Origin: Eledone cirrhosa
Lineage: Eukaryota
Assembly: GCA_964016885.1 (NCBI GenBank)
Contig: OZ024743.1
Coordinates: 318,866,001-318,930,000 of the forward strand
Direction of reading: 5' to 3'
Length of the DNA: 64,000 nucleotides
Part shown: piece by piece, positions 28,560 through 41,868 of the stretch
Layout: every line of letters begins with the position of its first letter
Numbering within the stretch: the stretch's first letter is position 1
Translations under genes and position numbers: made by a program
Notes under the pieces: generated by a model
What the model saw: only the letters and a program-made list of their open reading frames with translations
Databases searched by the model: none
Told to the model about the DNA's origin: nothing

Positions 28560-29769
28560 CGAGGGGCGACTGAAAAGTTTTGAGGTTCCAAGAAACGGTA
28601 GAATATACAAATATTTTCTTGTTTCATTTTTCAACATAATCTCCCTTTGTTCCACACACTTCTTCCACAGTTGCTGAAGTGCCTAGATCCCACTGAAGAA
28701 GAACTCCTTAGTTTGGCCCTCCAGTTAGGTGCCCACAGCATCTATGACGTCATCATCAGTAGTATAGTGTTGTTCGGCCATATCCTTTTTCATGTTTGGG
28801 AACAGGTGGATGTCGGAGGGTGTGAGGTCTGGCGTGTATGGTGGATGAGGGACGAGTTGGAACCCACAGTAATGGATTGCTGCCTTGCCACCATCGAGAT
28901 GTAGGTAGGAGCATTGTCATGATGGAACAAGACACCTTTCGTCAGAAATCTTTCTTCTTGATGTTCTCACGCAGACGTTTAAGCAGGTCGGTGTAGTATT
29001 GTCGGGTGATGGTGTGGCCCTTTTGAAGATAATCCACCAACAAAACTACTTGTGCATCCCGGAAAATGGTAACCATGAACTTTCCTGCTGATGGTGTGAC
29101 CTTGGCCTTCTTCGGATGGGTGAGGATGTGTGCTTCCACTGTTTAGACTGCTCTTTTGTTTCAGATTGGTAGTAATGGTTACAAATTGTGCCAGGAAATC
29201 TTCCAGATCACCTTCAAAAAGTTGCAGGACATGATGCGACGAGTGCACTTCTGTTCCTCACTCAAAAGACATGGAACCCAGTGTTCAGACACCTTTTTCA
29301 AACCAAGCTCGTTCGTGGGAGATGCCTAATATATTTACTATCTGACAAGATGACAGTCATTGATCCTCCATCACCATCCCAAGGACAATATTCTCTGGTG
29401 TGGTCACTGTTGATGGCCTCCTAGACCTCGTGTCATCTTCCACACCTTTCTTGCTACGATTGAATTTATTGACCCAACGTTGACTGTGGCATATGAAGGG
29501 GCATCTTGCCCTAATGTGTCTTGCATGTTCTTATGGATCTCAGCTAGGGTCATGCATTTCAACTGCAGATCCTTGATCACTGCTCGGGACTCGACTTTCT
29601 CCATTTTTCATTAAAAAACCTGAGTACATCAACTTTAAAAATCTGCCAAAAGAAATAAAAACGTGTTTAGACCATGAAACCAGGCTAGCACTGTAAGATG
29701 ATGTAGATTTCACCGGCAAAATTTCATTTGTTTTCTGTGTGAGGCTCAACATTTTTCAGTCGCCTCTCG
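28560..29769 (-). mobile_element. mariner DNA transposon (irritans-like), full length and inactive
   Basis: TIRs cgaggggcgactgaaaagttttgag / ctcaacatttttcagtcgcctctcg; TA at left, TG at right. Confidence 0.92.
28624..29604 (-). pseudogene. mariner transposase pseudogene
   Basis: MEKVESRAVIK..APSYATV, HHDNAP, HPPYTPDLTPSD, GDYVEK*; multiple frameshifts. Confidence 0.9.
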
Positions 29770-30198
29770 TGGTATTCATATAATATGTATAATGTTTACC
29801 TAATATAGTATGCAGTAGCATTATTAGCATATTGTTCTTTAACTTGAAAAAAGGAAGACGCAGATCATCAGATCGGACTAAGGAAACAATGTTTCCATTT
29901 TCTATTTGTCTTTCCATTGCTGATATTATCTGCCAGTTGCAACTTCTGGCAGAATGAACAACATGAAATAAAGTATTTTACTCAAGCACGAAACACACCG
30001 GCCGATTGAGGAATCAGTTACACGTACATTGAATTTCCCGTACCATTAAGTTAAAGCCGACACATGCTTGTTAAGTGCTCGAGCACTTGCGTGTTAATTT
30101 CACGAGGAAGCTGTTCTGAAGATCAAACAACTGGAACACTTATCAACGGAACCAACGGAGATCTAGCAACACCATATACTAAAAGGACATCAAAAGAA

Positions 30199-30975
30199 AA
30201 TAATGGTTTCTGATTTAGACACAAGGCTAACAATTTGGTGGGGAGGGGCAAGTCGATTAAATTGACCTCAGTGCGTTACAGGTAATGCATTTTGTCGACT
30301 CTATAAGAATGAAAGGCAAAACTAACTTCGGTGAGATTTGAACTCAGAACGTAAAGAAAATAATGGTTTTTGATTTAGGCACAATGCCAACAATTTTGGG
30401 GAGGGGTAAGTCAATTAAAGCAACCCCAGTGTGTTACTGGTACTTTATTTCATGGATCACGTAATAATGGTTTCTTATATAGGCACAAGGCCAGCAATTT
30501 TGGGGGGAGGGAACAGTCGATGAAATCGACCCCAGTGCGTGACTGGTACTTTATTTTGTCGACCTCGTAAGGATGAAAGGCAAAGTTATCCTCGGCGGGA
30601 TCGCGTAATAATTGTTTCTACTTTTGGCACAAGGCCAGCAATTATCCAGTGCATTACTGGTACTTTATTTTATCGACCCCGTAAGGATGAAAGGCAAAGT
30701 TGACCTCGGCGGGATTTGAACTCAGAATGGAAAGGGCCGACCCTCTACCGATACTGCCGGTTTTTGATTTAGGCACAAGGCCAGTTATTTGAAGGGGAGG
30801 GTCAAGTCGATTAAATCGACTCCCAGCACGTTACTGGTACTTTATTTTATCGACCCCGTAATGATAAAAGGCAAAACTAACCGTGGCAGGATTTGAACTC
30901 AGAGCGTAAAGGGCCCACAACTCTATGCCACAAAGTATATTGTCCGACGCTCAACCGACTCTGCTAACCCACTAG
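30199..30975 (-). mobile_element. Head-to-tail cluster of about 5 Meta-like SINE copies
   Basis: Repeated gtttct..ggcacaagg starts at ~30199, 30358, 30462, 30606 and 30760. Confidence 0.85.
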
Positions 30976-31599
30976 AAAATAATACGCACTAATTTGGATA
31001 AATCTAGAAAAGTAAGTGAGGTGGCTGCTTCGTTGATGGAACAACTGGAACACTCGTTGTCGAAACTGACAGAGGTCCAACACAGAAATTACTTATGTAA
31101 CTCTATGTAATTTGATAGAGAAACAAACTCAGTTTAACGTAGATATTTTGTAGAGAAATATTCTTTCAATCAGATGATTTAGAAAATGAAATATTATAGT
31201 GTAATTTAAAAAACAAAAAGATAATGTCAGCTCCAGAAATAACCAGTTAAATATGGGAATTAATGATGTAAGGAATAGCCATACAAATCCGAATTTTACT
31301 TTCGTTCTGGTTTCATTGATTTATCCAAGAAGAATAAACCTTTTCCTTACCATATTTCTAATGGAAGACAAATCATTTTTTAAATAATCAAGAATTTGTA
31401 GGCATTTAGTAATGTTTTTTAGTAATGATTTAGTAATTATTAAGCTAATGTTGGAACATAACTTAACAAAGTTTCTTATTTAAAATTACGATAGAAGTTT
31501 TTAGATACGTATATAGGAATTGATTGACAAGATTCCAGGCCTCATTCGCTTATTGAGTGGAGTAGAATTCGTCAGATCAAACTAAAGAAACAATATTTC

Positions 31600-31770
31600 C
31601 ATTGATCATTCCACTGCTAATACTATCTACCCGTCGCAACCCCTGGCATAAAGAACAACGTGAAATAAAGTGTCTTGCTCAAGACGACAACGCATTGCCT
31701 GGTCTGGGAATCGAACTCGCAACCTCACGATTGCAAATCCAATTTTCTAACTACTAAGCCACGCACTTTC
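31600..31770 (-). mobile_element. CORE-type tRNA SINE
   Basis: gtgaaataaagtgtcttgctcaag...ctaactactaagccacg is the reverse of the 6612 family. Confidence 0.8.
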
Positions 31771-32454
31771 AATAAGATAAGTATAAACACTTTGAAATAG
31801 TTTGCATTGTAGAAGCATGGCCGGTTTCAGGCAGTTTTGAAGGAATAATAGGAGATATATTTACTCCTATGAAACAATGTATATTATTCATAATACGTAG
31901 TAACAACAGCATGGGAATTGACAGAAGCGGTAGAGCATCGGACAAAAATTGGTTCCAGTTCTTTATGTTCTGACTTTGAATTTAGCTGAAGTCAACTTCG
32001 CCTTTTATCCTCCCGTGATCGATAAAATAGAATACCAATGAATTACTGTATTCAATTTAATCGACTTTTTCCGCCTAAATTACGTAGTTACAAAATTATA
32101 CAGAATCCATTTTGCATATTTATGAACAGGAGTGTATGTTAAACCGTTCGTTGCCATATTTGGAATGAAATACACTGTTTATGGTATTGAAGTTATTTGG
32201 GAAATAATCAAGAATTTGGGGACATTTTGTAAAATAATAAATTTTCTCATTATTAAGCTGATATTTGGAACATAACTTCACAAAGGTTCTTACATAAAAT
32301 TAGATAAATATTAACCCCCCCCCCCCCCCAGATTTCTATCGTAGAACCTGGGTCAAATTCAGGCAGTTTGGTATCAAAAGGATAAAAGATATGTTCAGAT
32401 ACAGTCTTTATAAATGAGTCTAAGTTTATTTCAATAGAATACATAGAAATATAC

Positions 32455-32600
32455 ACAATTTAATAAACGAGTACCTACATGAATGACTATAAAATAATTT
32501 GAAAAACACCATAAATATTTAAAAACGGAAAAGGAAGGGAAAAGCAAGAGCTCTGCCACAGAAGAATGGGAGGGGGGAGGGTGATGGGCCTAGGGTGAAT
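32455..32600 (-). mobile_element. CRE family 3' UTR copy
   Basis: Reverse complement matches 26677-26760. Confidence 0.7.
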
Positions 32601-34299
32601 TAATTGTATGCAGACCGGCCGACCTCTAAAAACCCAAATGGGGGAGTACCATGAAAAAAAGTGCCCTAAAACGGGGAGAAATGAGGCAAAAATGGGGAGA
32701 TTTTACATAATGAAAGCTATACCCATTTTTACAAGAGAAGATATCTCAAAGTGAGTGGAGATCTCCCCGTCGGACGGGGAGAGTTGACAGGCCTGTATAT
32801 GTACAAATATAGTCTATATAAACTTGAGTGTGAGTTAACCTTTTTGATAACAAACTGCTCGAAGCCATCCCTGGTTGTATGTTATAAAAGTATCTTAATG
32901 AGTTCATATCTAAAACCGTTTATGAAAGAATCTTGTGTTATGTTTCAAACGCCAGCTTAATAATGTAAAATTTACTTATATTACTAAATCCAGCCAAATT
33001 CTTCATTATTAAAATACTCTGGAGAGAGCAGGAGAGACGGAAGCAGTGACAGTGGGAGTTTGGTTCCATTGTGCTCGGAACTGGTGCATATGTATATATT
33101 TATTTACTACACTACATATACAACTTTTAAAAGTAAAAATAAGATAATAAGTGGTTCATTTGCAGCACATAGCGTGTCCCATAAGAAATATAGTAACGAC
33201 ATTATTCAGATAGAGACTTTATAAACTGTACTGTAAGTAAAAGCTATGTTCGGATAAAATCTTACTAATATCCTGTACTGGATGTCATTGTATTCAATCT
33301 TTTACTTCCGACTTGTTGCAGTTAAGTTGGCAGACTACGCACAATGTAAAGAGAAAGAAACTATTTGTGTTTGTTGTTGATCGGACGTTCTCCGAGTAAG
33401 TGAAATTATCTACGTGTAAAACAGTAAAATACTCTCATTTACACCAGTTGCCAAAAATAACACCTCTGCCGGTCTGTTCGTTCTCATCTGGCTCTATATC
33501 AAATAACTGTAATAAAAATAATGTAAATAAAATGCACACACACACACACACATAGATACACATGTGCGCACGCGCACACACACACACTTTCTCTCAGTCT
33601 TTTTTCATTTCACTCTTTCTTCCATTTGCTCTTTCTCCCTTTCACTTTTTCTCCCCCTCTCTCACTCGCTCGCGCGTATGCTCACACACACACACTTATT
33701 CAGCGTTGTGCCTGACAGATGTGATATTTGATGAGTTTGAAGTTAGAGCAACTGTAGCAAAGTTATGCACCAATAAAGCTCATGTTCCAAAAATTACAAG
33801 AGTTTGTTTTTTTCCCTCAAGCCCTATCCTACTCATTTTACTCAGTTATCCCTCCACATTTTAGTTTCCCTTTGATTCCCGTTCCATATCTCAGTTTCAT
33901 GCCACCTATTAAGATCAAATACGCTATTAGGGTAAAAAGTTATCACGCTAAACTTGTTGCTTTCCATTATAATTAGAAAGCATCTCTTTTAACTGAAGGC
34001 CCTCAGGCTATAACAAAAATTTAGTCTGCAATTCTTCCACTATTGCCACGACATATTTTTTAATGTTATGAATCCCGCTTGGATCGGCATATTTTCATAA
34101 TATTACGCCATCAAAAGTCACACTAATAATTTTACCGATAAACATTGAGAAAATAACATTTTTTCAGACTTGTGATTATTTAAAATATCGTTTATCTGTC
34201 CATTTGTTACATATTACCTCTAAGAATTAAGGTTATCCACCTAGACTCATCAAATGATTACAACCTCTGTTAGAAATAAACATTTTATGTGAAAGCGAG

Positions 34300-34620
34300 T
34301 GAAGGCGTTTGGCTTGTTTGGTCATGGTGTTAGGCTTATGATCGTAAGGTCGTAATTTCAATTCCCGGACTGCTTGGTACGTTGTATCCTTGAACAAGAC
34401 TCTTTATTTAACATCGCTCCAGTCCACTCGGGTGGGTTAAAAAAATGAACTGAGACGACAATGACGCCAAGCTGTATCGGCTTCTGTATTTCTGTATTTC
34501 CTTTGGTCAACATTGGTGGCGTGACGAAGGGAGACTGACATGCATAGGTGATTGCTAGTCGCCCACAAAACACTTTGACTAGGCATGTACCTGAGGAAAT
34601 GATGATTTAAACTTGTTGAC
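34300..34620 (+). mobile_element. CORE-type tRNA SINE, diverged
   Basis: tccttgaacaagactctttatttaacatcgctccagt. Confidence 0.7.
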
Positions 34621-34639
34621 AACTGCTAAATAGAAGAGA

Positions 34640-35030
34640 GCTCTTCTTCTTCTTCTTCTTCTTCTCTCTTTTCTGGAGTCGTCCCTCCATCGCCAGTGAA
34701 TCATGCACAAAGTTCTTATTTCCAGACTTCCCGATCTTTCACCGCATCGAAAGGATCCCATCGAGTGAGGCCCAGTGTCCCTCGACAACAGAATCCCGAT
34801 GGTTATGTTTGGACGTCCCACCTGGCGCTTTGCATCTGGTGACCAGAGAAGCAGTTTCCCTGCAAGTTCATCATAGCGAGAAAACATGACTAGTAAGAGC
34901 CAAGCGACAGGATCGAACTTTCGATGAAATTCGTGGCAGATTATCATAAAGAATTTTGTTAGTTGTGTGACTTTGTCATGAAATGTTGAACACCACACGT
35001 AACATCTTGGTGTAGGAACCATCAAATCTC
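34640..35030 (-). mobile_element. RTE 3' fragment with an (AAG)n tail
   Basis: LLLWSPDAKRQVGRP..T....LSRDTG resembles the RTE C-terminus. Confidence 0.7.
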
Positions 35031-35369
35031 CGCGAGGTCAGGAAGAAAGCTCGATGCACATTAAAACATGTTTAGTGCAATTATTTAAGTATACATTGAA
35101 TAATCACGTCACTTTAATTAACTGCTTTACAATAATTATTTTTGTATCAAACACCTCAGTTGTTTAACAATATTTGTCATAATGTCTATCTACGGTTTAG
35201 GAGTTGGTTTATCAACATGTTATAGAATCTGCTTATAACTAGATAAATATTCATTTGGATAATGACGTGATTTTCATCCAATCGAAACCAGGTGATAGTC
35301 TGCATCTATTGCGACGTAACACTTGTTTCTTTTTACATGACGTAAGTCCTCACCGCCCTTTGTTTTAAT

Positions 35370-35660
35370 GTAAAGCTTTAAATGCTTCATAGAAAGAGAA
35401 AGGAAAGCATTTAAAGCCTTACACAGAAACACATGAGTAAGGCCGTTAAAACCACAGACACAAAGTAAGACTGTAAAAAACTTTACAAAGTTAGGAAGGT
35501 CGTCAAAATTGTACATACTGGGAGAGGAACATCGTTAAAGCCTTAGGAGACATGAAGCCTGTTAAAGCCATACACAGAGAGTAAGGCCGGTGAAACCTTA
35601 CAGTGAGAGTAAGAGGATTAAAAACCTTAGAGAGAGAAAGATCGTTGACCTTACAGACAG
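35370..35660. repeat. Degenerate 27-32 bp tandem repeat, about 10 units
   Basis: Recurrent aag-gccgttaaagccttac-agagagt consensus. Confidence 0.6.
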
Positions 35661-35711
35661 TGTGCGTGTGTGTGTGTGTGAGAGAGAGAGAGAGCGCGAA
35701 AGAGAGAGAGA

Positions 35712-35752
<41 letters not shown>

Positions 35753-36790
35753 TTAAGGACTTGACATACGAAGAAAGAAGGAAGAATAAGATTTGGAATG
35801 TTCATGATTTTCACAAAGGCAGTAAAATCATATATTCCCAACCAGAATTTGAAAATTGTTTGCAGACTTGCTTTTTCAGGAGCTGACTCTTTTCTATACA
35901 CAGATATTGTCATTTGAAACCGGAATCGATCCTCGGTAACCTTTATTGAAATATGCTCTTGGGCAAATTACCTTTAGTTAAAACTGTTTGGGTGAAAAGC
36001 CAGTGCAGTGTAAGTTAGGAATACAAGAGTGAATATTAAGAGAGTGACAAAAAAAAAAAAAAAAAAAAAAAAAATAGTTTACACGTTTATCTTATATTTT
36101 AATAATGGTTTCTTAATGGTTTCTTATATAGGCACAAGGTCAGCAATATTGGGGGAGGGGAAAGTTGATTAAATCGACACCAGTGCGTGACTGGTACTTT
36201 ATTTTATTGTCCGCGTAAGGATGAAAGGCAAAGTTAACCTCGGCGGGATTTCAAAGCATGGCGTCCGACCATCTACCGATACTGCCAAAATCCCAACCAC
36301 GTATGTCGCAATACTTCATACATATAAACTAATTTTACCATAGCATTTATTTCTCGGACTATTCACATTATTACCTACGCCACATTTCTGTCAGTTTCAT
36401 CCGCAATTAACATCAGGTACCCTATTCTTCAGTAAAGACACGTGATGTTGTGAAGGGCATGCTTTTCAAAGTTAATTGAAATCGCCATTCTACGGCGTCG
36501 ACCACGATTATTTTCCTTTCTTCTACAAATATTGATTTCTAATTTTAGGTACACATGACCAAAAAATTTGTGCGAAAGGTAAAGTTGATTAAATCTACTT
36601 TATTTTATCAACCCCGGGAAGGTGAAATATTAAAGTTGACCTCGATAGGATTTGAACCCAGAATGTCATAACTAATACCACAAAACTATTTTGTACGACG
36701 TTCTACCGATACTGCCAATACATCACCCTTTTCTTCTACGTATAATGATATTAATAAGAAAAAAAAAAACTTTCAATTATTTTCCATGAG

Positions 36791-37111
36791 TATCGTATTT
36801 GCCAGCCTATTGGACGTATTTAAAAAAAAACAAAACAAAAAACATAAAAAAATCTTCCCTGCGTCCACTTTGACCGTATCACCCATGGGAGGTCGAATGG
36901 AGAGTGAGGTCAATCATGGTTAAAAAAATTTAATTTCTATTAGTATTAGTATTACTAATAGTAATAATAATACAATTTATATAAGCAATGAAATTATTTA
37001 AAATAAATTTATGAAGAAATGTACTAAAATTCTTTTTTTTCTCAAAATGTCCTTGTAAAACCAGGGGGCGTCTTATAGGAAGGAGAATCCAATAGGCCCG
37101 CAAATACGGTA
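36791..37111. mobile_element. pogo/Tigger-type MITE
   Basis: Ends tatcgtatttgccagcctattggacg / ccaataggcccgcaaatacggta. Confidence 0.7.
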
Positions 37112-38528
37112 TATATTTTTCCAACTTCTTAATAAATAATCTGTTCATGAATCAATCATTCCATAGCTTATGATATTTTGTTTTATTTCTATGAGGAAAA
37201 ACAAAATACGCACAGGAAATAAACTGTCACAGTGGTTGTATTCTTTTTCTGAAACATTCTATATAACAGGCACTGTAATAAAAAATGTATATTTTGCTCA
37301 GAGGACAGGAAAAAGTGTGTAAAAATAAGTAAAAAGAAAAAAATGTAACAAATTTAGCCACAATTTTTAGAAAACAATGTCGGCGGAAAAATCATTAGGC
37401 TTGGCGTAATTTCATTCCTCCTAGGTTCATCACGACATATTTTCATGAGATAAAAATGCTTTACTTTCATAATATATAGTAATCTGATAATGTTCTTTGT
37501 TAATCTATTTTTAAACGTCGATATATTTGAATCTATATTTAACGTCCTTTGTCGCCTCTATTAAGATATAATTTAAAAGAAAATTCCTTTGTCAGTTAAC
37601 GTATATCAGTCATCCAAAATATTCAGGCTACATATACTAAATACAAACACTCCCAATCGGAAGAGCAATTAATTCGACAAAAATAGTCGAATTAATTTCT
37701 TATACAATATACTATTACAACGTGAAGAGGTTTCGCAAACGTAAATAATATCACGTAAAATATATTTAATCAATTTACAAAGGTATATTGAGAGTTAAAA
37801 TATTTTTTAAAATGTGACAGGTAAGAATATAAATGAAATTAACCATTAAATTAACTATTGGAGGAATAAGAATTTAAGTTAGACAAGTTAAATTTCTTAT
37901 AAATTTCTTATTTACTGTATATATGAAAAGGAAAGTAGCCGATCGTTAGATCAGACCAAGGAAATGGTTTTTCTATTGGTCTTTCAATTGCTGATCCTAT
38001 TGCACATCTCGACAGACGGACCTGGGGTTTGAACTCAGAATGCACAGAGCCGTACCAGATGACGCAAAATATTGCGTCCGAATCTTTAACAAATTGTGCT
38101 AAATTCCTAGTCACTGGATTTATATTTTATATATTAACCATGAAAGGATGAAAGGCAAAGTTGCCTATGACGGGATTTGAACTCAAAATGCAAAGCGTCC
38201 GAAGAAATCTGGCGCTGAAACAACACTGATAATTTGCCGCATGAATAAGGAAAAGAATTGGAAAACCAACCAAACATAGCGACGGTCCTGAATTTTGATA
38301 TAATTAAAGAATCTATTTGAATGAGATTTGATACTGGCTCACGAACTTGACTTACCGGTAGTATATCACATTCTCTTGAATGAGAATTAAATACTGTAAT
38401 GCAGCAAACACAACAGATGTTGATACAATATCATGATCTTTAAGCAAGGAAAATTAAGAAAATAAGGTTAAATCGGCATGGCAAGATGAAATAGCAGTTA
38501 AACAAACAACACGTCAACAAAATACATA

Positions 38529-39192
38529 TCTATATATATAAAACTGAGGTCGTCTGTCTACTAAAACCTTCGGCACACATCTACTCCTAAACCGTACGTT
38601 CAAATTTCGGTGAAATTGCTACACTCATAGATGAAAATTCGGCGGAGACATCGGTCAAACAAATTTTCAAATCGACCCACGCCAAGTGCAAAAATCGAAT
38701 TTGTAATGTATTGATTTTTCAGTGCAAATGTATAAATAGAGATGAGAGACGAGTTATTTCCCTTTTATGGCGTCATTTGCTTATCTATTTATGTTACGTG
38801 TAAACGACGCGGTGGACCGAGAAGAACAATTTCATGCAAAGACAAGACCAAGTTTATGGTGTAAATGGAGTCGTTAGACTAATATTCTATTTAAAATAAC
38901 CGAATGATTTCCAGCCCCGGAGTTTAAGAATGATGTAAATAAAATTGTAAACGAAAGTGACAGGTTATTAAAATAGTTGTTTCTACTTTTGGCACAAGGC
39001 CAGCAATTATCCAGTACATTACTGGTACTTTATTTTATCGACCCCGTAAGGATGAAAGGCAAAGTTAACCTCGACGGGATTTTAACTTTGCCTTAAAATA
39101 GTAAAAGTAAATAGTGAAGATTTAGGCCAGTACATACGTATGCGCTGACGAACATACACATACATATACACACGCACACACACACAGACACA

Positions 39193-39244
<52 letters not shown>

Positions 39245-39677
39245 TAAACCTTATGCATTTCTGCAGTATTTTCACCAAACTTAAGACATAGGTTACTTAT
39301 GTACTCCGGATGGTCATGGGCACTTTCATTTTATCAGATATTGATTATAGGGCCTCCCGGCAGATAACCCCCTTTAACCACTTCCTTGGAGTCGACTGAA
39401 GCACTGCAGTGCAATGCAAAAAAAAACGTCATAACTTCTGGAGTTTGCAACCGATTTTCACAAAACTTGACATATGGGCTACGTTTGTTCTACAGATGAA
39501 TGTGAACTCTCAGAATTGGCACATATTGAGTAGGGGACCCCTGGGGGCAGGAACCCCCTTTTGGAAAAGGCCGATGATTTTGTAAAAGTATAGTTTCGAA
39601 GCAGCACTGAAGTATTGACATAAATGGTATACATAACTGCTATTTAATACCTGAGCAACGCCGGGTACCTCTGCTAG
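38529..39677 (+). mobile_element. Non-autonomous Helitron, copy 1 of the tandem array
   Basis: 5' TCtatatatataaaactgagg; 3' gagcaacgccggg hairpin plus CTAG. Confidence 0.85.
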
Positions 39678-39698
39678 TCTATATATATAAAACTGAGG

Positions 39699-39749
<51 letters not shown>

Positions 39750-40493
39750 CTAAAACGGCCGACACACATCTCCTCTTAAACTGTACGTTGAAAATTCGGA
39801 GAAATTGCTACCCTTATAGATGATGGTCCGACGGAGACATCGGTCAAAAGATTTTTCAAATCAACCCACGCCAAGTGCAAAAATCGAATTTGTAATGTAT
39901 TGATTTTTCAGTTCAAATGTATAAATAGAGATGAAAGACGAGTTATTTCCCTTTTAAGGCGTTATTTGTTTATCTATTTACGTTACGAATAAACTACGCG
40001 TACAAAAATACGCGAACAGTTTTCGGGACTGCAAAATTCATGAGTTCGAAGTTTCAACATTAAGCTTCCATTTTGCTTCATTTCCATTAAAAAGTCTTTT
40101 AAAACAATATTTTAGCGCATCAGCCTCGCCATCACCCGAGGCAACGCTGCGAGTGTGATAGCTTGCCTCAAAATTAGAGAGGTTGCTCAGTACTCGCGAC
40201 GTTGCTGACCTTTGCTCTGGTGTTGGCTCCGTTGTTTACCCCTTCCTTTACATTTTCTTTAATATTGTAGTTTATGTATATATTTAACATATATTTGTTA
40301 TGTTATTCTACTGTAAATTTATTTATATGCTCTGTTTATACCCTCAAAAATCTATGAAACTACATACATGTTGCAACTCTCTCTCTATATATATATCACA
40401 CACACACATATACATATAAAGAGAGAAAGGGAGATGTAGAGAGAGAGAGTGTGATAGGTCGTTATACAGAGAGAGGTACAAGATAATCAGATA

Positions 40494-40558
<65 letters not shown>

Positions 40559-40709
40559 GCGACGAACGCTGGTTCACACACACACAAACACATATATATA
40601 TAAAGACAGAGAGAAATCGAGATCGAGATCGAGAGAGAGAGATCTGCGCGTTCTTTATTGTTCTCTATTCTGCAGGAGGAAGAGAGAGAGAGAGAGAGGG
40701 GGTATGAGT

Positions 40710-40770
<61 letters not shown>

Positions 40771-41865
40771 TGAGAAAAAAGGAAGAGGGGTTGAGAAAGA
40801 AAGAAAGTTTAAGCAAAGAATCGCTGCTTTCAACATTAACGGGATCTTCTTAAACTAATAAATTCAATCTGTGGACGCAGAATTAAATATTTCGAGAAAC
40901 GTTGCAACCGAAGGAAATCAGGAAGACGATATTTTGGTTCGTGAAGACGTTCCCTGGTAATGAACGGAAAAAAGCGAGGATAATACGTCGTTATGTGGAC
41001 CGAGAAGAACAATTTCATGCAAAGACAAGACCAAGTTTATGGTGTAAATGGAGTAGTTAGACTAATATTCTACTTAAAATAACCGAATGATTTCCAGCCC
41101 TGGAGTTTAAGAATGATGTAAATAAAATTGTAAACGAAAATGACAGAGGTTATTAAAATAGTTGTCAAGCAGTAGAAATGGATAAAGAAAGAGAAGATAT
41201 GTGGTTATTGATATATTTGTTTCTACTTTTGGCACAAGGCCAGCAAATATCCAGTACATTACTGGTACTTTATTTTTCGACCCCGTAAAGATGAAAGGCA
41301 AAGTTAACCTCGACGGGATTTTAACTTTGCCTTAAAATAGTAAAAGTAAATAGTGAAGATTTAGGCCAGTACATACGTATGCGCCGACGGACATACACAT
41401 ACATATACATACGCACACGCAAATACACACACACACACAGGTGTAAACCTTATGCATTTCTACAGTATTTTCACCAAACTTAAGACATAGGTTACTTATG
41501 TACTCCGGATGGTCATGGGCACTTTCATTTTTCCAGATATTGATTATAGGGCCTCCCGGCAGATAACCCCCTTTAACCACTTCCTTGAAGTCGACTGAAG
41601 CATTGCAGTGCAATGCAACAAAACGTCATAACTTCTGGAGTTCGCAACCGATTTTCACAAAACTTGACACATGGGCTACGTTTGTTCTACAGATGAATGT
41701 GAACTCTCAGAATTGAGTAGGGGACCCCTGGGGGCAGGAACCCCCTTTTGGAAAAAGCCAATGATTTTGTAAAAGTATAGTTTTCCAAGTAGAACTGAAG
41801 TATTGACATAAATGGTATACATAACTGGTATTTAATACCCGAGCAACGCCGGGTACCTCTGCTAG
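39678..41865 (+). mobile_element. Non-autonomous Helitron, copy 2 (longest)
   Basis: Starts directly after CTAG; same termini; carries ~1 kb of extra internal sequence. Confidence 0.85.
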
Positions 41866-41868
41866 TAA

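Noticed and set aside
33322-33395. Possible plus-strand exon (ttgcag...gtaagt), and a 38-nt minus-strand candidate at 38356-38393
   Set aside because: Splice-like signals only, with no recognisable peptide or partner exons
35370-35660. CRISPR-like periodic repeat
   Set aside because: Units are degenerate with no unique spacers, there are no cas genes, and the context is eukaryotic
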